The notes below the pieces were generated by a model. That model was not told the origin of the DNA and searched no databases. It saw only the letters and a list, made by a program, of their open reading frames with translations. A stretch of DNA of 64,000 nucleotides from IMG/VR virus record IMGVR_UViG_3300020027_000004, positions 17,986-81,985 of that record; one strand, given 5' to 3'. Source of the DNA: a virus. Below, piece after piece: positions 56,130 through 64,000 of the stretch (position 1 is the stretch's first letter; each line of letters opens with the position of its first letter). Made by a program: the position numbers and the translations under genes.

Positions 56130-57624
56130 GGTTCGCGGTCCTGGATCTGGTAGCGCTTGCCGATGTCGCGCAGACGTTGCCATGCTGGACCGTCGGTTTT
56201 TGGATCAGGGATGGTAGCGAGCGCGCACGCTTCCCACAGGTCAGAACGGAGGAACTGGATCTCTTGCGCGAGGCCGAAGATGATGAGGTGGAGATCGCGG
56301 TAGGAGTCGATTCGGTCCACGCGATCGAGCGGCACCATCAACCGGCGGAGGAACGGGTCCAGTGGGAACTCCTCATCGTTGCGCACGGCCTCGATGATCT
56401 GCTCTGCGAGCTCGCGGCGGGTGCGACGGTCCGCATCGTTCGGCAGCGTCTCGCTACCCATGGCGGAGCCTCGGAGGAACCTTGGATCGGTTGTAGACCT
56501 CGCGTGCGATCACGAACGAGTGAAAGTGCTTTCCGCGCAGCCACTCGACGATCGCGCGATACCCCGGGTTCCCGTTCGCCTCGAACGCGTCGATCGCGGT
56601 CCACCACGCCTCGAGTGACTCGGTTTCGAGGAGCACTCCCTTGCAGTGCGGGCAGCACGGAATTCCGTTCGGGAACGCAGCGGCCTCGGAGATCGAGCCC
56701 CACCAGGCGCACGAGAAGCCGGAGACAATTCGGGTGTCAGCCATGCGTAATCTCCGCGGTTGCGTCCGCTAGCTGATCGAGGAGGTGACCGTTGATGCCG
56801 TCTTGCTCGCGCCACTCGTGGCCGATCTGGTAGGCAACCACGATGATGCGAGTGATGCGGTTGAGCGCATCGTCGTCGCCCATACGGACCTTGACCATGA
56901 GGTCTAGCATCGCTGCGGATCGCTGTTCTGGTGTCGTCGGCATCAAATCTCCTCGGGGTCGAACTTGAACTGCAGCGGCGCTAGCGCTTGTGGCTTGAAG
57001 AGCGATGAGCATCCGCGTGCTCCAGGAATGCATCGGCATCCCGGTATGCGGTAGAGCTTCGCGCCTCCAGCCTCCGCGGCCTTCATCCGCACGAACGCTT
57101 GCACGGCGTTGAGATTGAAGCCTCGCAATCCTTCATCGGTGGTGGCATCGAGCTCGACGGTCCACAGCACCTCGGTTTTGCCATCATGCTCCACCGCGAT
57201 GATTCGATCTCCGAGTCGGAGATCCTTCGCTTCGCACGGCATCTCGCTACTCCTCGATCAAGCGATACGCGGTCGCACGTGCAACGCCGCTGAGGCATCG
57301 TGCATCCCTCGCGAAGTAGCACGCATCGGCGCGCTCGTCCCGCCGGCCACCGCCGCACAAGTCGAGATTGCTCTGCTCGAGCTCGGCGAGAACGCGGCTC
57401 GCGATCGCCTCGTTCCAGCCGCGGCGCGCGAGCTCGGTGCTGTAGCTGTTGATGCGCGCTTCGTAGAGCCCGCACCAGGTGCGCCGGCGCTTGTCGAGTT
57501 GGGCCTTGCCGTGCCGCGCATTGCGCTCGTCGTCGCAGTGCTGGAGACCGACGATGATCCCAACGGAGCCAGCGACAACCACCAGCATCACGAGAATGTC
57601 GAGGGGCCAGGGGAGGCGGTTCAT
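56126..57624 (-). other. Five small coupled hypothetical CDS (56126-56461, 56454-56744, 56737-56943, 56943-57242, 57247-57624)
   Basis: Overlapping or abutting starts and stops; 56454-56744 has CCPHC; 57247-57624 has an N-terminal TM. Confidence 0.6.
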
Positions 57625-58757
57625 CGGGTTATCTCCAGCTTCTCGGGCGAACCGGGGTTCGGCAACACCGAACCGTCCGGATGGAAATACTTGTTCACGA
57701 ACATCGGCTTCATCGGAGGACCGTTGCGCTCCTTGTGGTAGGCGATCGCGACGTCGCGGAACTCGTCGGAGATCCACGTCACGTGTAGAAGTTCGGGGGC
57801 CGCACCGCGATCGCTCATCCGATACTCGAACATCCCGTGTCGGCGGAGACCGTTGAGGCCGATGCATTCCTGGAGCACGCGGATGCTCTTACCGGGGAGA
57901 ACACCGCGGGGCGCGTCGCGGCCGTTTCCGCTCGCGCGCGGCGACACTGGAATGCGCTCGTCGATGCTCTTGCGACCATCGAGATCGCCGTGACCCATGT
58001 GGTGGAGCCGCGTGGCCTTCAGTCGCTTGAGCTTGTCGGCCATCACGGCTTTGTAGTCGTCAACGTGATGGCCCTTGTTCACATCGTAGCCGCGCCACAT
58101 CTGGAGCATCTGTGCGTCGGTCGTGGTGACGTTGGGGAGGTTCTCGCGGATGTCCTGGAAGCTCGATTCAACCTGGCGACGCAACACGGAGATGATGTCG
58201 ATCTTCTGCGCCTTGTCGCTCTTCACATCGGCGTTCGCCTCACCCTTGACCGTGGCGCTCGTGCGTTGCTTGCCGAAGCTGAGGATCTGCTTCTGCGCCT
58301 CTGCGAGAGCGGCATCGGGCGTGGAACGCACCACCTGGAGGATCGAAGGCGTGGCGCGGATCCCAGCATCGAGAAGCGCGTTCTCGTCCACGGCCTTCAT
58401 CCATGCCACTGCGGCCTTGAGTGCGTTCCCTCCGACGAACGCGATGACGTCGATCACCACCACCGCCATCACCGAGAGGTCTTGCTCCTTGCGGAGCAAC
58501 TCGTCGGTTCGCAGCTCCGACAGCGCCGCAGTGCAGTTCTTCGAGGCTTCCGCGAGGCGGCCGATCCACAGCGCGAATAGGTTGGAGCGTTGCTGTGGCG
58601 AGAGAAAGAACCCGGGGCCGGTGGGGTTGGTGCCGTAGTCGATCGCGCCGGCGCCATGCGACGCTTGCGGTTGTGTCGCCTTGCCTGGTGCCGGCGCGGC
58701 CGGAGCTGGCGCTGGCGCCGGGCCTTTGCCGGGCGCTTGCTTCGCGCTGGCGGGCAT
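57621..58757 (-). CDS. Hypothetical protein with Pro/Ala-rich N-terminus and central hydrophobic helix
   Basis: Long open frame with strong coding composition. Confidence 0.7.
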   Translation of the reverse strand: MPASAKQAPGKGPAPAPAPAAPAPGKATQPQASHGAGAIDYGTNPTGPGFFLSPQQRSNLFALWIGRLAEASKNCTAALSELRTDELLRKEQDLSVMAVVVIDVIAFVGGNALKAAVAWMKAVDENALLDAGIRATPSILQVVRSTPDAALAEAQKQILSFGKQRTSATVKGEANADVKSDKAQKIDIISVLRRQVESSFQDIRENLPNVTTTDAQMLQMWRGYDVNKGHHVDDYKAVMADKLKRLKATRLHHMGHGDLDGRKSIDERIPVSPRASGNGRDAPRGVLPGKSIRVLQECIGLNGLRRHGMFEYRMSDRGAAPELLHVTWISDEFRDVAIAYHKERNGPPMKPMFVNKYFHPDGSVLPNPGSPEKLEITR

Positions 58758-58777
58758 GAACGGCCACCCCGGCACGG

Positions 58778-59173
58778 CTAGATCCTCTCCCCGACGCCGA
58801 GCCACTTCTCACCGCAGCGGTGCGGCTTGTCCTCGATGATGCCGAAGTAGACCACCGGCTCAGGCTTGGAAGGATCCACCGAGACAACGACGCGATACGC
58901 GTCACCGAGGCCACGCCAGAACCCGATCCACCGCTTGCCATCGCGAACCACCTCTCGAGCGTCGTACGTCTCGCCATCGAACAGCATCCACATCCGGCCA
59001 CCGCGGAGCGTGATCTCGGGATGCGTGCCGAGGAACCGCCACACACGCGCACGGAGTGCTTCGTTGCTGCACGCTGGCGATGGAACGAACTCGCCCTTTG
59101 ATGGCAGGAGCCGGATGGTGTCCGCGTGCGCCGATGTCGCAAGCGCGATCAACAAGATGATGGTTGCCTTCAT
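58778..59173 (-). CDS. Secreted hypothetical protein
   Basis: Sec signal MKATIILLIALATSAHA-D; two Cys. Confidence 0.7.
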   Translation of the reverse strand: MKATIILLIALATSAHADTIRLLPSKGEFVPSPACSNEALRARVWRFLGTHPEITLRGGRMWMLFDGETYDAREVVRDGKRWIGFWRGLGDAYRVVVSVDPSKPEPVVYFGIIEDKPHRCGEKWLGVGERI

Positions 59174-59186
59174 GGTGTTCGCCTTT

Positions 59187-60209
59187 CTAGATGTGGCAGT
59201 CGAGCATCACGACGTGATCACGCTGGTCTCCGCTGCGAAGCCACTCGATGAACTCGCGATCGTAACGATCACGGTCATCAAGCGAGGCGCCGTGCATCGC
59301 CCACCAGCCCATCTCGGCAGGCTCCGTCCACACGGTGTTCCCCCACCCATCGCCGCGTTCGACACGCGCCCACGCGCGGAGCGGGTGACAACGCGAGGCG
59401 AAGCGCGTGTGGAAATCCTCCTCTGTGATGCGGTCATCCCAGAGGTCCAATACCTCGAGCGCATCCTGGCGTTTCTGTTTCTCGACGCGATAGCGCGTGC
59501 GTTGCTCTTCGGTGAGCGCATCGGCCTTGACGCATTGGAGGACTCCGAAGTCATTGGCGGCATTACGTGCATCGAACTCCCAGAACGCGTCCGCCTTGTC
59601 GCCGGAACCACCAGTGCGAATCCGCGAGATCTGCCCCCACGCTTTGCCAAGCCGTTCCTTGGTCAGAACGGCGACACGATCGCCGTCGAGCTCGTCGATG
59701 CGAGCACAATCGGTATCACCAACGCGAGCAGGAATTCGCTTGTCGAGGGGCCTCCAGTAGTCCCACTTCTTATTTGGGTTCTCCCAACGCCCGAACCGGT
59801 TCTTGATAGGGTCCCGACCCTTGTGGCCTTCGTAGTCGGCTGCGTAGTCCTCGAGGGTTGCGTAGAGCGTGCGGAACGGGATTTCGATGCGTCGCAGGTT
59901 ATCGGGTGCGTGATGCGTTCCCGTTCCCACACCGAAGGAACCCGGCACGCGAAACATCTCGTCCCAAGGACGCACGAGCCGCGCGTCCTTGCGCTCGCCG
60001 ACCTTGACGCGAACCCACTCCTCGGCATCGTTCTCGTAGTTCTGTCGGAGCTCGTCCTCCGCGTCATCGAACTCCATGAACTCCACCGGGCATTCGCCGG
60101 TGCACGCGTGCTCTTGGTAGGGCTCCATGATGGAGTTCAGCTCGACGGATAGGGCGGAGGCGGTATCGAACCGCGATGGGATGCGAACGAGAACAGAGAA
60201 GTGCGTCAT
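59187..60209 (-). CDS. Conserved phage hypothetical protein
   Basis: MTHFSVLV...PYQE...NPNKKWDYW...EPAEMGWW...LDCHI pattern. Confidence 0.75.
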   Translation of the reverse strand: MTHFSVLVRIPSRFDTASALSVELNSIMEPYQEHACTGECPVEFMEFDDAEDELRQNYENDAEEWVRVKVGERKDARLVRPWDEMFRVPGSFGVGTGTHHAPDNLRRIEIPFRTLYATLEDYAADYEGHKGRDPIKNRFGRWENPNKKWDYWRPLDKRIPARVGDTDCARIDELDGDRVAVLTKERLGKAWGQISRIRTGGSGDKADAFWEFDARNAANDFGVLQCVKADALTEEQRTRYRVEKQKRQDALEVLDLWDDRITEEDFHTRFASRCHPLRAWARVERGDGWGNTVWTEPAEMGWWAMHGASLDDRDRYDREFIEWLRSGDQRDHVVMLDCHI

Positions 60210-60228
60210 CTGATGATCCTTGCGTTGG

Positions 60229-61146
60229 TTACGAGTCGAATCCGAAGACGATGCGTGTGAGCGCGGCGGCATCCAGTGCCTCGCTTCTGAGCCGCGCGAC
60301 ATCAGGACGCGTGGTCGGTTTCGCGATCCAGCCAAGGCCATCCGGGCGAGCTCCGTGCTCCGCCTCAAGCGCGTCAAGCGCTACGGTCTTCGCGGTGGCG
60401 TAGTCGTGGCCGAGGATCGGCTCGACGAACTCGTGGAGCCAGCCAAGGAAATCCGGACAAGCATCAGCGGCCGACTCGAACCACTCGACTCGAACGATCG
60501 GTGTCTCGGTCATCGCGTAGCCGTTGGATGGCTTGCCTCGACGGACGAGTTCGTGTGCTTGCTCGATGGTGAGCATCGTACCGTTCCGTCCCTGGCAGTA
60601 TGCGTTGGGCGGTTTCTTGCCGCCGCATCGCTCCATCCACTCGACATACGAATCGTTCAGATAGGTGTCCCCGTCGGGGAACACCGGGATGATGCCGGTG
60701 AGTCGGCCGCCTTGTGTCCAATCGAACGTGAGGATCTCAGCGATGGTGAACCACGATTCCGAGTGGTCCCAGCTCGCGCACTTCTGAACCGTCGGCGAGA
60801 GATCCGGTGGCTCGCCTCGGGGCTCGGCGATGCGCGGCATCGATGACTTCCGCACCGCCAACGCGCGACTACTCGCGCTGGCCGGAGGCCCCGCGGGAAA
60901 GCGATGGCTGGGTTGATCCGTCCTGGGGCCCGGGCCGCTCGATGCGCGGCTACGATGGCGGATTTCAGAAGTGCTACGACTGCGATGGCAAGGGAGAGGG
61001 CTGCGATCAATGCATGGAAACCGGCCGTAACCTTCGCTGGTACGGGAACCGGAACTACGAACTCTTCGGCGTCCTGGCTGGCGTTCGAGGCAATGCCAGG
61101 CGTTGTCGCGCTTCTGCTCGATGTAAAGATGCACATCCGTCCCCAT
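60229..61146 (-). CDS. Conserved phage hypothetical protein carrying an internal inverted segment
   Basis: MGTDVHLYIE start and IAEPRG.P.D.S...HSESW.T..E.L.FDW body; the expected middle (RNYELFGVLAGVR) is on the opposite strand. Confidence 0.7.
   Translation of the reverse strand: MGTDVHLYIEQKRDNAWHCLERQPGRRRVRSSGSRTSEGYGRFPCIDRSPLPCHRSRSTSEIRHRSRASSGPGPRTDQPSHRFPAGPPASASSRALAVRKSSMPRIAEPRGEPPDLSPTVQKCASWDHSESWFTIAEILTFDWTQGGRLTGIIPVFPDGDTYLNDSYVEWMERCGGKKPPNAYCQGRNGTMLTIEQAHELVRRGKPSNGYAMTETPIVRVEWFESAADACPDFLGWLHEFVEPILGHDYATAKTVALDALEAEHGARPDGLGWIAKPTTRPDVARLRSEALDAAALTRIVFGFDS
60863..61111. repeat. Imperfect inverted repeat bounding a 249-bp inverted segment
   Basis: Left GCGCGAC(60863-60869)..CTGGC(60878-60882); right GCCAG(61095-61099)..GTCGCGC(61105-61111). 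Confidence 0.65.
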
Positions 61147-61148
61147 AA

Positions 61149-61418
61149 CTACGCGGTCCGTTTCTGTCGCTGGAGTACTCGCGACGGGTTGATCGTTGCT
61201 GCGAGTTCGCGGATGGCGCGGAGCTTGTGCGCCGCGCGAGCGTCCTCGGTGCGCACCACGATGAGATCGCCGAACGCGATGCGCTCACGCGAGCGGTGAG
61301 GTTCGCGGTGCTGACCCGAGCTCGTGGTGCATGGGGCGCAGAACGCGGCCTCGCATTCTGGGCACTCGGGGAGCTTGCGCACGCGCGCGTTGAGAAGATG
61401 GTTGGGTGTGTGGCTCAT
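61149..61418 (-). CDS. Small zinc-binding protein
   Basis: CPECEA...C...G...H..R. Confidence 0.6.
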   Translation of the reverse strand: MSHTPNHLLNARVRKLPECPECEAAFCAPCTTSSGQHREPHRSRERIAFGDLIVVRTEDARAAHKLRAIRELAATINPSRVLQRQKRTA

Positions 61419-61741
61419 CCGTCACCGCCGATCGCTACCGCTTCCTTGGGGTAGCCGTTCGAGCGCGCCCATAGCTCGAGCGCCAGGCGCACCAGCTTGC
61501 TCTTGGCGATGCCCTCGCTCTCGAGAATGCGGTCCACCGCATCGCGCGCTGCGACCGGCATCGAGGTGGAGAACACCGTCTGAGGCTCGCCGGCGGAGTG
61601 GACGTCCTCGCCGCCCTTGCGTCGCTCCTCGAGGACCGCGATCCGTCGAGCCAGATACTTCGGATCGTACGAGAGGGGGACGCGGCCCGTCAGCCTTTGG
61701 AGCTGGGCTCGGAGCGAATCGACGTCTGGTTTCTTGCTCAT
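61415..61741 (-). CDS. Ribbon-helix-helix (CopG-like) DNA-binding protein
   Basis: TVFSTSMP...RDAVDRI...EGIAKSKLVR.ALE.W. Confidence 0.7.
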   Translation of the reverse strand: MSKKPDVDSLRAQLQRLTGRVPLSYDPKYLARRIAVLEERRKGGEDVHSAGEPQTVFSTSMPVAARDAVDRILESEGIAKSKLVRLALELWARSNGYPKEAVAIGGDG

Positions 61742-62760
61742 GGCTTCCTTGTATCTTGAGGCGCTGACACCGGCTTCACGACCGCATCAACGATGCGCTC
61801 GATGAGGATCACCTGTTGGCCGGGATGAATGCCGGAGCCTTTGAGGATAGGCGCGAGCTCGACACCGACGCGCCATATCGCTTCGGTGCGCTCGGCATCC
61901 GACCAGGTGCGGAGCGAGCTATCCGCGTCGGTAACGAACCGAATGGGGTAGGCCGCCCGCTCGGCCCGGATCACCGCGAGTTTCGCCTCGATCTCTGCGC
62001 GCATCTCCGGCGGAGGATCTACCATCATGAACGCGTGGCAACGCCCGCAGTATCGTTGCTCGATGTCGTTCGCGTTGTGCGATACCGCGCCACACTTCGG
62101 GCACGTGAACGATGGCTCCGGCTCGGTCGCCACGCCGGGCTGCGGAGTGCAACCGCAACCGCAGACCTCAGCGAGCTTGAGCCGTGCCTCGTAGCTCAGC
62201 GTCCGGATCACGCGAGCGAGCGAGTAGGCGGCCACGTCCGTACGGTGCGCTGCCGCGCTGATGCACCGGTCGATCGCGAGGTCGCTCCAGTCGGAGTCAT
62301 CGAGCACCGTGTGGAGCGTTCCGCCGGTGCCATTGCCGGGCATCGCGAGGAACTCCGCCACGAGCGGGTCAACGCCGATCCATCCGTCGAGCGCGCGATG
62401 CCTTGTGGCGATTTCCTGGGTGAGCGCCTCGCACCGGCGCGCGAACCCAGCGATGTAGATCCGCGCGAGCATGACCGGTTCGCCGTGCACGGGAATCAGC
62501 GCCACGCGCTTCGCCATGTCACTGGCAAGCAAGCCAGCGAGTTGGCGCATCGTGATCGCATCGAACGAGATCGAGCGGCTGCCGAGCGCCAGGTGATCGC
62601 TCGCCAACGCGCCAGGGTTCTGGCTCGTCCACATCGTGCCGAGGTGGTTCGAGAGCGCAACGTAGAGGCTCTCTCGCGTCTCGCCCACGAGCTCGCCGGT
62701 GTCTACGACATCGCTGATCTTGTAGCGCTCGTCATGTAGTGGTGGTGGCTCGGTGGTCAT
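61738..62760 (-). CDS. Mosaic hypothetical protein with zinc ribbon
   Basis: GG.LH.VLDD segment; FTCPKCG..S.N.ND....YCGRCH. Confidence 0.65.
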   Translation of the reverse strand: MTTEPPPLHDERYKISDVVDTGELVGETRESLYVALSNHLGTMWTSQNPGALASDHLALGSRSISFDAITMRQLAGLLASDMAKRVALIPVHGEPVMLARIYIAGFARRCEALTQEIATRHRALDGWIGVDPLVAEFLAMPGNGTGGTLHTVLDDSDWSDLAIDRCISAAAHRTDVAAYSLARVIRTLSYEARLKLAEVCGCGCTPQPGVATEPEPSFTCPKCGAVSHNANDIEQRYCGRCHAFMMVDPPPEMRAEIEAKLAVIRAERAAYPIRFVTDADSSLRTWSDAERTEAIWRVGVELAPILKGSGIHPGQQVILIERIVDAVVKPVSAPQDTRKP

Positions 62761-63988
62761 CGTTTTGCCTTCGGTGGTTTGAGGTAGTGGTTGATCACGG
62801 TGCGGATGGCGTGGACCGCTTCCGTGCTGGCGGCGGTGAGGTGGCCGAGCTCGTAGGCCGCGGTGCTCTCCGTCTTGCCGGTGGCGATCGCGGCGGCTTG
62901 CCCCTTGTCTGGGGCGGACTCCAGATCGTTCGCGATGCGCTCAAGGAGCACGCGGGCCGATTGGACGTCGCGTGCGTTCATCGGCGCCACCGCATGCGCT
63001 CCAACATGAGCGACTCCAGCGGGGTGAGCCGCTCTTGCTCGGTGCGCGCGTGCGTGTGGCAACGCTCGATGATGACCATCGGCGGTTCGTCGAGCGGAAC
63101 CACATCGCCGTGACGGTCGTGCGTGTAGTGCTGCCGCTTCACTTGACGCCTCGCGCGTTGAGGATCTCGGCGCATTGGGCGCGGGCTACCCATTCGCCGG
63201 CGAATATCAGCGGTGGTCTCGTCTACTCGAAAGGTCAGCGCAACGAGACACGCGTCTAGTAGTTCTCTCGCTTCCTTGCCGAGCGTCCCAATCTGCTCGT
63301 CGGTGATCGTGTCGGCGGTGAGCTTCACGAGTGCACGATCTTGATGCGGATGTTCATGTAAAGAACACCATCCTCAGGGTCGTGGCTCATCTCGCACGTT
63401 GTGAGTGCATCGATGATGTGCGCGCCAACCACTGCGGGCGAACCATTGACCGTGAGAAGTTCGTACACGGCATCGCTCTGTCCAGTGGACATCGCGATCG
63501 ACGCGTCCTCGATGGTGATCCTGCGGCGCGCACCCATTAGCGCACGATCTCCGTGTAGCCGAGTTCTGCGCAGTGCGAGAACGCGCGCGCCTCGGTGCGG
63601 AAGTAGTGCACGAAGCCGGTCCCCACGTTGTTGTGGATCTCGGAAACGGTGAACCGTCCGAACTTGTTGTCGCGGTCGATCACGAGCTTGTAGCGCGATG
63701 GCACGTTGTCCGCATCGTTGGGCTTGTAGGCCACGGCGATCTTGGTGCTGCGCGGCTTGGTGATCACGAGGCCACCGCCGGAACCTGAAGCACTCTGCCG
63801 TGGGGATAGGCGCTCTGGCGAACGTTGTATGCCTGGATCTCGACGATGCCAGCCGTGGTGATGCGGAGAGTCTGGCGGCTGACCACCTCGACGAGCCCGG
63901 CCTTGAGGCAACGGCGCATGTGGGTTGCCGAGGTGGGCTCGATGCGGTTCGGGAACTCCACGCGACCATCCGCCATCCGGGCGAGCAC
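62757..63988 (-). other. Run of small coupled hypothetical CDS (62757-63062, 62978-63328, 63325-63537, 63537-63767, 63764 to beyond 63988)
   Basis: Overlapping start/stop codons on the minus strand; the last probably starts outside the window. Confidence 0.55.
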
Positions 63989-64000
63989 CCAGATGTTGAG

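Noticed and set aside
60836-61097. Alternative inversion endpoints at GGCAT/ATGCC
   Set aside because: Re-inversion there creates an immediate in-frame TGA (W-H-R-stop), unlike the chosen repeat pair.
1-64000. CRISPR array, DGR/retron or other reverse-transcriptase system
   Set aside because: No regularly spaced repeat-spacer array, no YxDD reverse-transcriptase ORF, and no near-identical repeat pair differing only at adenines were seen. The 42268/44268 paralogues differ at all base types.

Overview
A 64-kb, very GC-rich slice of a long-tailed (siphovirus-type) dsDNA phage or prophage. The genome continues past at least the right edge, and no integrase, repressor or att site was recognised. 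Layout: (i) 1-20.2 kb, mostly plus-strand replication and middle genes (ASCH, DUF559-like nuclease, lambda-O-like initiator with internal iterons, G39P-like loader, dCMP deaminase, PD-(D/E)XK nuclease, YegP-like, SLT-like, two HNH genes, a stand-alone receiver domain), interrupted by a minus-strand serine resolvase/invertase cassette; (ii) 20.9-30.2 kb, packaging and head (TerS, TerL with a LAGLIDADG class-3-type intein starting with Arg, DUF1073-type portal, gpF, DUF2213 protease/scaffold, decoration protein, DUF2184 capsid); (iii) 30.2-49.6 kb, an atypical tRNA-Met, a fibre/beta-helix module placed next to the head genes, neck, tail tube, frameshifted tail chaperones, tape measure and a GTA/BR0599-type tail tip; (iv) 49.6-53.3 kb, an antisense Cys-rich lipoprotein and lysis genes, with an antisense tRNA-Thr(UGU)-like element; (v) 53.3-64 kb, minus-strand early genes including a DPPY methyltransferase. 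The most striking observation is a 249-bp frame-preserving inversion inside a conserved early gene (60863-61111), bounded by an imperfect inverted repeat; it is either intragenic phase variation or an assembly chimera. A myxobacterial-type host is inferred only from GC content, the Cys-rich lipoprotein and the single-domain receiver. All family assignments come from motif recognition by eye; no database searches were run.
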